Assembly: GCA_900321575.1 (NCBI GenBank)
Contig: ONWT01000110.1
Location: forward strand, 1-34,564
Direction of reading: 5' to 3'
From: an uncultured Lentisphaerota bacterium
GTDB taxonomy: Bacteria; Verrucomicrobiota; Kiritimatiellia; RFP12; UBA1067
Length of the DNA: 34,564 nucleotides
Made by a program: the position numbers and the translations under genes. Below are positions 1-7,476 of the stretch, piece after piece. Each line of letters opens with the position of its first letter. The first letter of the stretch is position 1. Under the pieces are notes generated by a model. That model ran no database searches, had not been told where the DNA came from, and worked only from the letters and a program-made list of their open reading frames with translations.

Positions 1-69
1 AAAGGGCGGCCCGATCTCAAGGCGGCGCTTGACGCGGCGATAACGGAACTCAAGGAGCGGCGGAAATGA
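1..69 (+). CDS. 3' end of an upstream gene, possibly an amino-acid-type solute-binding (SBP family 3) domain protein
   Basis: Frame 1 reads KGRPDLKAALDAAITELKERRK* and ends in TGA at 67-69, overlapping the next ATG (ATGA). The KG..DL..ALD.AI.EL pattern resembles the C-terminal helix of family 3 solute-binding proteins, but only 22 codons are visible. Confidence 0.45.
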   Translation, partial: KGRPDLKAALDAAITELKERRK

Positions 70-1718
70 AAATGCGGCAAAGGCGCCTTGTGACGCGGCT
101 GATACTGTCGGTCATAATCGCGTTTCTCGCTTCGATGGTGCTCACATGGGCGCTTCATGCGAGAATCACAAAGCGCGAAATGACCAAACTTTTCGACAAG
201 GTCTTCTCGGATGTCGGCGCCGATATACGTAGCGTGGTCGACAGCCGAATGATACGCAAGGCGATGATTCTTCGCGACTGCTACTACGAGATGCGCAACG
301 AGCCGTGGTGGAACGATCCGGACGAGTCGAGCCGCCGCCTGAAAGAGCTTGCGACAGATCTGGGGGTTGACGAAGTCATCGTCGCCAATTCAGATGGATG
401 GCTCACCCACAGCGCACGGCGCGACGAGGTAATGGCGCTGAATTTCTGCGAGGCCGAGGGGCAGGCCCGTGAATTTGCGGATCTCCTGACCACCAAGACT
501 GAAATCGCGCAACCGCTTTTGCCAAATTCGCTGCGCGGCGAAAAGATCAAGTATGTCGGCGTATGGCTCCCTGATGGAGGCTTCGTGCAAGTCGGCGGCA
601 AGGAGGCAAGCGTTCGGAACATTTCGCGCACGGCCTTGACCGGTCTTACGAGAGACTGGCATGTGAGCGGTTCGGAGGGCGGCATCTTCATCACCACGGC
701 TGGAGGTACGGTCGTTTCGCATCCCAAGGCCGGCTACGAAGGGCGCCAATGGAAGATTCCCGGGGACGATTTCTATTGGGAGAAGCGCATTATCGAAGGC
801 TTCCCCGTTTACATCGTGGTGCCAAAGTCCGCCACAGTGGCGGACAGGCGAGTTCTCGTTACGACTTCGGCATTCCTGAACGGCATGGCGCTCGTCTTCG
901 CCGCGATACTCGTGGGCGTTGTTATCGCGCGCTACATACAAGACAGAATGCGCGAACAGTCCGCAAAAGAAATGGCGATGGCGAGATGCATTCAGGAAGG
1001 CGCGATGCCGAGAGTGTTTCCTCCATTCCCGGACGAACGCAGAATCGACATATTCGCGATGATGAACACCGCCAAAGAGGTCGGTGGAGATTTCTACGAT
1101 TTCTACTTTACGGGACACAACAAGGTGGTGTTTCTCATTGCCGATGTGAGCGGCAAGGGTGTCGGCGCGGCGCTTTATATGATGAGAGCGAAGACGACGA
1201 TCAAGGGTATTGCGCAGACAGGCTTGCCGATCGACGAGGTCGCCAAGCTGTCCAACGACGCGCTGAGCCGCGACAACGACGCGAACATGTTCGTGACCGT
1301 GTGGATCGGCGAGATCAATCTCGATACAGGTGTTCTGCAATATGTGAACGCGGGGCACAACCCGCCGATTTCGATTTGCGCTTCGGGCAAGGTGGACTAT
1401 ATGAAGGCAAGATCGGGGCTGGCGTTCGGTGCCATGCCCGGCGCGAAGTATAAATCGCACGAAGTCAAGCTTGAGAAGGGCGACACGATATATCTTTATA
1501 CGGACGGCATAACGGAGCAACCCAACATAAAGGGCGAACTTTACGGCGAAGAACGGCTTATCGCAGTATTGAAGTCGCGACTGGAAAGCGGAGTAAAGGC
1601 TGTGGATGGAGCTTTCTCACCGCTCATCGACATAATCTTCAACGACACCATGAATTATGGCGGCGAAGCCGAGCAGGCCGACGATTGCACCCAACTTGTG
1701 CTGCGTTACAACGGCTGA
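66..1718 (+). CDS. Membrane-bound SpoIIE/RsbU-like PP2C (PPM) serine phosphatase with extracytoplasmic sensor region
   Basis: Two hydrophobic segments flank a ~230 aa region. C-terminal SpoIIE motifs are present: VGGDFYD, IADVSGKG, NAGHNPP, YTDGITE, DDCT. Confidence 0.9.
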   Translation: MKMRQRRLVTRLILSVIIAFLASMVLTWALHARITKREMTKLFDKVFSDVGADIRSVVDSRMIRKAMILRDCYYEMRNEPWWNDPDESSRRLKELATDLGVDEVIVANSDGWLTHSARRDEVMALNFCEAEGQAREFADLLTTKTEIAQPLLPNSLRGEKIKYVGVWLPDGGFVQVGGKEASVRNISRTALTGLTRDWHVSGSEGGIFITTAGGTVVSHPKAGYEGRQWKIPGDDFYWEKRIIEGFPVYIVVPKSATVADRRVLVTTSAFLNGMALVFAAILVGVVIARYIQDRMREQSAKEMAMARCIQEGAMPRVFPPFPDERRIDIFAMMNTAKEVGGDFYDFYFTGHNKVVFLIADVSGKGVGAALYMMRAKTTIKGIAQTGLPIDEVAKLSNDALSRDNDANMFVTVWIGEINLDTGVLQYVNAGHNPPISICASGKVDYMKARSGLAFGAMPGAKYKSHEVKLEKGDTIYLYTDGITEQPNIKGELYGEERLIAVLKSRLESGVKAVDGAFSPLIDIIFNDTMNYGGEAEQADDCTQLVLRYNG

Positions 1719-1721
1719 CCG

Positions 1722-1820
1722 GCCTATCAAGAGGAATATGTTTACGGCGATTCTCCCGCCTGAACCAAGGAATGCGTTTATTATGCCATTTGCTTCTGTC
1801 GCGGACGCCAAGAGAAGACT
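1722..1820 (-). pseudogene. Possible short remnant of an acyltransferase-3 (OafA-like) gene
   Basis: Translates as SLLLASATEANGIINAFLGSGGRIAVNIFLLIG, resembling the GG.I.VN.F.LISGY segment of acyltransferase-3 proteins. It is preceded by an in-frame stop and loses similarity at the phosphatase stop. Recognised by eye only. Confidence 0.35.
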
Positions 1821-1822
1821 TT

Positions 1823-1831
1823 ATTATATCA
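1823..1831 (-). promoter_or_regulatory. Extended -10 element TGATATAAT pointing toward the phosphatase 3' end
   Basis: Minus strand reads ATTTGATATAATAA, matching the motif found upstream of several operons in this window. Confidence 0.5.
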
Positions 1832-1980
1832 AATAACTGATGATTGTGCTCTCACTATGTTGTTTTAATGGGCACCTGCACGGACTTGATAGGTTGTGCC
1901 AATATAGAGTATTGTAGTGCCATCCGCTGGTATTTGAAAAGTCTTCGCATATTCTTTTGCCCATTCCCAGGGAGACGCGA

Positions 1981-2134
1981 GAAGTCTACCGCGCCAGACT
2001 GACAAGTCTACCGCGCTAGACTGGGAAGTCTACCGCGCCGAACTGGGAAGTCTACCGCGGTAAACTTCATAATCTACCGCGCTAGACTTCGTAATCTACC
2101 GCGGTAGATTTCACAACCTGCCGCGCTAGACTTC
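1981..2134. repeat. Tandem array of seven 22-bp imperfect palindromes, consensus GAAGTCTACCGCGGTAGACTTC
   Basis: Units start at 1981, 2003, 2025, 2047, 2069, 2091 and 2113: GAAGTCTACCGCGCCAGACTGA, CAAGTCTACCGCGCTAGACTGG, GAAGTCTACCGCGCCGAACTGG, GAAGTCTACCGCGGTAAACTTC, ATAATCTACCGCGCTAGACTTC, GTAATCTACCGCGGTAGATTTC, ACAACCTGCCGCGCTAGACTTC. Confidence 0.95.
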
Positions 2135-2316
2135 ATCTTTCTTGCGGATAATCTGCATCACCCCTCTAACTGAAGTCAACATGTGCCGCGTTTGTTCGTG
2201 CGAACAACTAGGCGGAACGGCAGTTATATATGCCCATCTCAAGCCGATCATCTGGATAGCGAGCGAACGTTGGCTCCAAGATGTGGCCGAAAGTTTCGGT
2301 GATCCAACCAGACGCC

Positions 2317-2346
2317 TTGCGCACACTCGGTAGAAAATAGTATAAT
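2317..2346 (+). promoter_or_regulatory. Sigma70-type promoter for the GT10 gene
   Basis: TTGCGC (2317-2322), 18 nt, then TATAAT (2341-2346). ATG follows 9 nt later with no Shine-Dalgarno. The same TTGCGC-18-TATAAT occurs before infA. Confidence 0.65.
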
Positions 2347-2355
2347 ACGTGGCAT

Positions 2356-3360
2356 ATGAACACAATAAGATATTGGACATCTCATGATAATAAGTCTTCG
2401 GCATATTGGAATGAGTGGTTTACCGCAACGTCTAGTGTGGTAAACCCACTAGAATTAGAGTTTTTGTATGATGAAAAGGCCCCTGATTATCTTTTTGTAA
2501 CAGAGCATATATACCATATTCCTCGGAGATTTAGAGAGTTTATTGAGTTAAACGATGGTCGTCGCATATCTGTTTTCGCAGGGGGCGAAGCGATTTCGCC
2601 TGATATGAATCTCTTTGACTATGCGTGTAGCTTTGATAAAACGCTGGTAAATGGAGACAGGTGTACCAGAAAGCCGCCATGTCTGTTCTTCAAGCATCAC
2701 ATATTCACACCATTAACTGAAGGATGTAAGGATGTTGTGTCAGAGCTGAAAAGTAAAACGGGTTTTTGCAACTTTATCTATTCTAATCCATCTGCCCACC
2801 CAAGACGTGATCAGTTGTTTTATGCAATTAGTCAATATAGGCAGGTAGACGCATTGGGACCACATCTAAATAATATAGGCAATAGGACTTCTCGAACATC
2901 GCATAACTGGCGAAGAATTCTTGTTGAGATGAAAAGACCTTATAAGTTTTCAATTGCTGCTGAAAATGCATGTTATGATGGATATGTGACAGAGAAGCTG
3001 ATATCTAGCTTTCAAGCACACACGATACCGATATATTGGGGTAGTCCTTCTGTCGCGGAAGAATTTAATCCAAAGGCCTTTATTAATGCCAATAAGTTAT
3101 CTGACGAGGAATTGATTGCTTTGGTCAAGAATATAGATGCGAATGATGAGTTGTGGTGTGAAATCGCTTCGCAACCTGCAATGACTAATGAACAGCAAGC
3201 AAATTTAGCCGTCGAAAGCGATCGGTTCGTAAAATTCAGTGCCGCTATATTCGATGCACGACCGCTAGAAGAAAAGAAGCGTGTGCCGGCAGGCTATTGG
3301 AATGATATTTATAAAAGATCGTTGATGAGGTGCGGCATGCCAAAATGGTTACGGTTTTGA
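2356..3360 (+). CDS. Glycosyltransferase family 10, alpha-1,3/4-fucosyltransferase-like
   Basis: GT10 motif YKFSIAAEN...GYVTEKL...AHTIPIYWG and FCNFIYSN, as in Helicobacter FucT-type enzymes. Confidence 0.88.
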   Translation: MNTIRYWTSHDNKSSAYWNEWFTATSSVVNPLELEFLYDEKAPDYLFVTEHIYHIPRRFREFIELNDGRRISVFAGGEAISPDMNLFDYACSFDKTLVNGDRCTRKPPCLFFKHHIFTPLTEGCKDVVSELKSKTGFCNFIYSNPSAHPRRDQLFYAISQYRQVDALGPHLNNIGNRTSRTSHNWRRILVEMKRPYKFSIAAENACYDGYVTEKLISSFQAHTIPIYWGSPSVAEEFNPKAFINANKLSDEELIALVKNIDANDELWCEIASQPAMTNEQQANLAVESDRFVKFSAAIFDARPLEEKKRVPAGYWNDIYKRSLMRCGMPKWLRF

Positions 3361-4302
3361 TTCTGGCAGTTTAAGCAATTCACCTAAACGATAATCCCAT
3401 TCAACTGGTTCAAAAGGCGTCATGCCGGCAAAGTGACAAAATGTCAATTCGCCAACTCTAAGTTGTGTGCCATCTACATAGAAGTCTACTCTTACAAAAG
3501 GGAATCGCGTTGCAAGTTTGCGGGCAACGCACAGCATTTCATTCCACTGTGGAGGTTTTGCAATCTCTGATTTGTTCACATTATAATGCTGCTTTATCGA
3601 AAGTCTCTCAAAGTTGGAAGAAAAGAATGTAAATGTCAGTTGCGCGTGTCCTTTATGTCTATTCTGCGCAATGAACATATTCAACGGCTCGCCGTTGTAG
3701 CAAAAGAACTTGTAGTCTGGCAAATCTCCGCATGCTTCAATGTATTTCTCTGCAACAATTTGCGGTTTTATCCCTTTGTAGCACCATTCAAAGAAATCAT
3801 AATAGTGATTGGACGAGGGACTCATCCAATCGTGAAGTTTCTTTTTGGTCGCCTCAACATCAAGATGGCTTTTGTCGGTACAGATTATGTTCTGTCCCGA
3901 ACCCCAATTAACTTTTAAGACAAACTTATTTGGCAAAGAGTTAAAATCTATGTCGTCTACATCTTCGTATACGCCTATAACAGGGACAAGATATTCCGCT
4001 CCAACCGTTTTCGAGATGTAGTCGCGAACCAATACCTTGTCGGCACATGTTTTGATAAGAGGATCATGGTAGTTTAAGTTTAGCCATTGGAGCTTCTCAT
4101 TAAAGCTTTTGGGATGAATTAGATCGGGAGAATACCCAACTGATTTTCTAAACATGCTGGATATGCAATATTCAATTTGCTTTTTTGTGAGACCTCTAAA
4201 TCTGTTTGCGTATAACCATGCGAATTTTGGTGAATGCCGGAAGCAATTGGCACAAAAGGACAAGGTATGGCGAAGAGGCTTGATTAGTTTGTCTTTCTGC
4301 AT
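3349..4302 (-). CDS. TupA-like ATP-grasp fold amidoligase
   Basis: Motifs PKSFNEKLQWL, ADKVLVRDY, LPNKFVLKVNWGSG, DYKFFCYNG, FVRVDFY, GELTF. Its 3' end overlaps the convergent GT10 gene by 12 bp. Confidence 0.88.
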   Translation of the reverse strand: MQKDKLIKPLRHTLSFCANCFRHSPKFAWLYANRFRGLTKKQIEYCISSMFRKSVGYSPDLIHPKSFNEKLQWLNLNYHDPLIKTCADKVLVRDYISKTVGAEYLVPVIGVYEDVDDIDFNSLPNKFVLKVNWGSGQNIICTDKSHLDVEATKKKLHDWMSPSSNHYYDFFEWCYKGIKPQIVAEKYIEACGDLPDYKFFCYNGEPLNMFIAQNRHKGHAQLTFTFFSSNFERLSIKQHYNVNKSEIAKPPQWNEMLCVARKLATRFPFVRVDFYVDGTQLRVGELTFCHFAGMTPFEPVEWDYRLGELLKLPESKP

Positions 4303-4331
4303 TAGAACACCCCGCTTTTAAGATATGTTTT

Positions 4332-5207
4332 TCAAGTTTTGCGCCTATGCGGAAATACACAGAAGTCATTTGCAAGGAATCTGGCATTTGGAATGGAAAT
4401 GTCTGATATTTGCATTCCGTTTTTCCACAACAACCATGCCAAAGACAGTTGGTCCCTACGAGAGTATTTTTCTATCATTTCCCACCATTCGCGCATCATG
4501 GCAATTACTGATGGTTCGTTGTGGCGCCTGTACAGAATGCCGTTTTCGGTCAGGCCATAGTTTTTCGGCATCCCAGACGATGAGACGAGCCTTCGCTCTT
4601 GAAGAATCTTTCTAGGGTTGTCGAGGAACTCCGACAGAACAAAATCAAACTCTTGGTAGATGCAATTACGCGTCGGATGTCTAGGTAAAATGAAAGGCAT
4701 GCCGATATCACGGATGGCATTAAAGAGGTAGGGTGAAAGTATATCGATGTTTGCATCAATATATATGCTCTCATTGTATTCGGGAAACAATACATGAGGA
4801 TGCATTTTGTGCCAACGATTATTTCTGGTGTTGTCGAGCTGATTAAAGGCTAAAGGCTTGATTTCCCAAATCCCAATATGCCCGGCTGCAATGTCCTCAG
4901 CATCATCCGTAAAGCATATATAATCCCAATCTGGATTTATATATCCAGGGCAAGCGATTTCCCTTATGTCATCATAGCCATTTGTGATGCAGGTATATAT
5001 GACAGAGGATGCTTTGCGTGTTTTTTTGTTGGCAAGATAGCTGTTTATGGCCTGGTTGTCGATGCGTCGCACATGCGTCGCTTTAGGTAGTAGCTTGGCA
5101 GTCTCTGTGTAGTAAGACTTTCCCCTTATCCAAAAAGGGAAATCTCTTTTAAGTCTATACCATATACCCCATGGTGAGGAAAGATAAGTCTTGATTCGAA
5201 GTTTCAT
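4332..5207 (-). CDS. DUF616 (TOD1/MUCI70-like) glycosyltransferase domain protein
   Basis: Motifs VIYTCITNGYD, YICFTD, KMHPH..FPEY..SIYID, HPTRNCIYQE, RDQLS. Start placed at ATG 5207 because ATG 5237 overlaps the predicted -10 element. Confidence 0.8.
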   Translation of the reverse strand: MKLRIKTYLSSPWGIWYRLKRDFPFWIRGKSYYTETAKLLPKATHVRRIDNQAINSYLANKKTRKASSVIYTCITNGYDDIREIACPGYINPDWDYICFTDDAEDIAAGHIGIWEIKPLAFNQLDNTRNNRWHKMHPHVLFPEYNESIYIDANIDILSPYLFNAIRDIGMPFILPRHPTRNCIYQEFDFVLSEFLDNPRKILQERRLVSSSGMPKNYGLTENGILYRRHNEPSVIAMMREWWEMIEKYSRRDQLSLAWLLWKNGMQISDISIPNARFLANDFCVFPHRRKT

Positions 5208-5225
5208 TGCTAGATGTAATTTACA

Positions 5226-5317
5226 ATATTGTATCATATTATTCCTACGTGATGTGTGATGAAATTACTATTCGGTAATTTTATTTAACCATGATCAAGT
5301 AAAATTTGATACAATAT
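5226..5317. promoter_or_regulatory. Dyad-symmetric bidirectional promoter with central palindromic site
   Basis: TGATACAATAT occurs on minus (5236-5226) and on plus (5307-5317). The palindrome AAATTAC-N6-GTAATTT (5262-5281) shares the same centre (5271/5272). Confidence 0.6.
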
Positions 5318-5359
5318 AAAGAAATTCAAAAAAGATGGAAGTTGTTGCCAGCGAGCTAT

Positions 5360-6610
5360 ATGATGCCGCGTATTAGAGAAATGATTGAAAAGGTTCGTGT
5401 GTGGGGGTTGACGGGAATCGTCAATTTCTTCAAGAGGGAATATGCATTTAGGATTCAGCGTCGTCGGCTTGAACGGCTTGCGCGAAAATCCAAAGCCGCG
5501 ATCCAAGTGCGTGGTATAACCGTGATTGGTGATATAACGTCAAGGGTTTCGTTGAGCAAAACTTTGCGGGACTTCATTCTTGATTTGAGAGACGCTGGCG
5601 TACCATGTCAGTCGTATGACACATGTTTAAGGCCAGAGATTCCGCCGAAAGATTCCGTGCGCGTTGTGACACCTCCTGGCGAATTTGATCTTCATCGCTA
5701 CTCACACATTGTCATGATGTATCGTAGCCCTTTGCCGAAGGATGCCGGAGTCGGCCATGTTTGCGCGAGAATCGCGTTCCATGACAGTGAGCACGGTGTT
5801 CACGATACGATGCCGTTTTTGCGAGAGAGCGGCGACGCGATAATCGCAATGTCGGACTTCAACTACAACTACTTCAAGATGGCATTTGTCAACCAGCCAG
5901 TTTACAAGATAACATATCCATTTCGTTTCAAGTCAAGAGTGGCTACACCCCGCGAGGAGTTGCGCAAAAAGTATGGCATTTCGCTGGATGATTTTGTCGT
6001 GTTCTTCAACTTTGACTTTGGTTCATATTACCGCAAGAACATCCCTGCCGCGCTAAATGCCTTTGCGTTAGCATTTAAGGGCGATGCAAAGGCTAAACTG
6101 CTTTTCAAGACAAAGGGGGCGAAAGAAAACCCAAGACAGTTCTCGGAAATGATGCGGCTTGTCGCGACGCTAGGAATCGGCAATCAGTTTGTACATGTTG
6201 CTAATTATCTTCCAAGGGCAGACGTTGACGGCCTTACTTCCGCATGCGACGTGTATATGTCGCTTCACAAATCGGAAGGTTTTGGAATAGGAATGGCCGA
6301 GGCCATGAGCCAGGGCAAGCCTGTTGTCGCAACAAACTGGAGCGCAAATACTGAGTTCTGCAAAGAGGATACTGCATGGCTTGTCCCATATGACATGGTG
6401 CCGATTCTACCGCATGAATATCCACCTTCCATGGTCGAATGGGCGAGCGCGGATGTTTCTGTCGCGGCGAAGATGCTTCGTGAGATACGTAGCAAACCAG
6501 ATGTGGTGCGAAAAAGAGCCGAGTTGGGCCGACGTTTCATAAAAGAGCGATATTCTATTGAACGGTTCAAGTCCGATGTTGATCGTTTTTTAGATAGTGG
6601 CGTAGAATGA
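5360..6610 (+). CDS. Glycosyltransferase family 4 (GT-B)
   Basis: Motifs RKNI..ALNAF and DVYMSLHKSEGFGIGMAEAMSQGKPVVATNWS (EGFG-x4-EA). Start uncertain; ATG 5360 chosen because TTG 5306 overlaps the -10 element. Confidence 0.88.
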   Translation: MMPRIREMIEKVRVWGLTGIVNFFKREYAFRIQRRRLERLARKSKAAIQVRGITVIGDITSRVSLSKTLRDFILDLRDAGVPCQSYDTCLRPEIPPKDSVRVVTPPGEFDLHRYSHIVMMYRSPLPKDAGVGHVCARIAFHDSEHGVHDTMPFLRESGDAIIAMSDFNYNYFKMAFVNQPVYKITYPFRFKSRVATPREELRKKYGISLDDFVVFFNFDFGSYYRKNIPAALNAFALAFKGDAKAKLLFKTKGAKENPRQFSEMMRLVATLGIGNQFVHVANYLPRADVDGLTSACDVYMSLHKSEGFGIGMAEAMSQGKPVVATNWSANTEFCKEDTAWLVPYDMVPILPHEYPPSMVEWASADVSVAAKMLREIRSKPDVVRKRAELGRRFIKERYSIERFKSDVDRFLDSGVE

Positions 6611-7434
6611 GTGCCGCTGCAAATGATATAGCCGCCAATGGCAAGGTCAGTCTGCGGAAGTGGCAACTAGAGCGATTGCCAGTTCTTCGTGAGACGCGAT
6701 TTCTTGTATCTAATCATTTTGATGATGTTACGATAGTTGCGTATTCCTTCCCTGCAGAAGGCGATGAAGATGCTTTTGACTTTTTAGAGTGTTCCATATT
6801 GCAGAGCTGGGCTGTTCTCGGGATGTTAAAGGCAACGATTGTGTCAAATCGACGATTCCCCAAGGTTGATGCATTCGCCGAGGCGCATGCCGACTGGGTC
6901 GATGTTCAGATTGAGCCGTCGCTGGTTCCTGGAAGGATTGAGTCGATGAGTGCAGATTGCGATGGTCGCTTGCATTCCCGCTTCAATACACCATATTGCC
7001 TTGTTGTGCAGGACGATGGCTTCCCTCTTAAAAACAATCTTGATGAGTTTCTTGGTAAGTATGACTACGTGGGCGCGCCATATGTCCGAATCGCGTGGTG
7101 GCGTTCTGTTATTTGCGCCTTGCTTGGGATGTGGGTTTCCAACGGTGGCTTCTCCTTGAGGTCTAAGCGGATATGCGAGGCTGCGGCGTATTGGTGGGAA
7201 CGGAAATACAAATCATGTCATCCTAGCGAGAAGACTATTGATGACCTTTACTACACTAGGACATTGCCGCTTCGACATTTGTCGTATAGAATCAAATACA
7301 AAATCGCAAATCACCGAACAGCCCTTCGCTTTTCGTACGACGATATAGTTTGTCAGCCAATCACGGTAAAACCTTTTGGATTTCACCGAGCTTCGACATT
7401 CGAGTTGTTAAGGCAGAAGTTTCCTGATATGTGA
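6607..7434 (+). CDS. DUF5672-family protein (putative GT-A-like glycosyltransferase)
   Basis: Motifs LVVQDDG, YDYVGAPY, NGGFSLRSK, PFGFH. ATGA overlap with the GT4 gene. Confidence 0.75.
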   Translation: MSAAANDIAANGKVSLRKWQLERLPVLRETRFLVSNHFDDVTIVAYSFPAEGDEDAFDFLECSILQSWAVLGMLKATIVSNRRFPKVDAFAEAHADWVDVQIEPSLVPGRIESMSADCDGRLHSRFNTPYCLVVQDDGFPLKNNLDEFLGKYDYVGAPYVRIAWWRSVICALLGMWVSNGGFSLRSKRICEAAAYWWERKYKSCHPSEKTIDDLYYTRTLPLRHLSYRIKYKIANHRTALRFSYDDIVCQPITVKPFGFHRASTFELLRQKFPDM

Positions 7435-7450
7435 TAAGAACCGTTACTGT

Positions 7451-7470
7451 GAAACGGTAGTAGCCGTTTC
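7451..7470. terminator. Hairpin downstream of the DUF5672 gene, possible terminator
   Basis: GAAACGG-TAGTAG-CCGTTTC forms a 7-bp stem; the U-tract is weak. Confidence 0.3.
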
Positions 7471-7476
7471 TGCTTC

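Noticed and set aside
1738-1836. Small plus-strand ORF MFTAILPPEPRN... preceded by GAGGA
   Set aside because: 32 codons with no recognisable motif, and it is the antisense of the acyltransferase-like remnant. Insufficient support.
1971-1978. GGAGACGC before the array matching the reverse complement of 7720-7727 as terminal inverted repeats of a mobile element
   Set aside because: Only 8 bp, with no target-site duplication or transposase; compatible with chance.
1981-2134. CRISPR array or parS interpretation of the 22-bp repeats
   Set aside because: Units are contiguous with no unique 25-40 nt spacers and no cas genes are present. The sequence does not match the parS consensus TGTTTCACGTGAAACA.
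2126-2404. Short ORFs 2126-2404 (-) and 2142-2333 (+) beside the array
   Set aside because: No motifs or RBS; the minus ORF crosses the GT10 promoter and start.
5021-5027. T7 tract in DUF616 and T6 tracts elsewhere as phase-variable sites
   Set aside because: Too short, the genes are in frame, and such tracts are expected in AT-rich DNA.
5226-5317. Invertible phase-variation switch bounded by 11-bp inverted repeats
   Set aside because: The repeats are themselves the extended -10 motif seen throughout the window, and no invertase is present. Divergent promoters explain them more simply.
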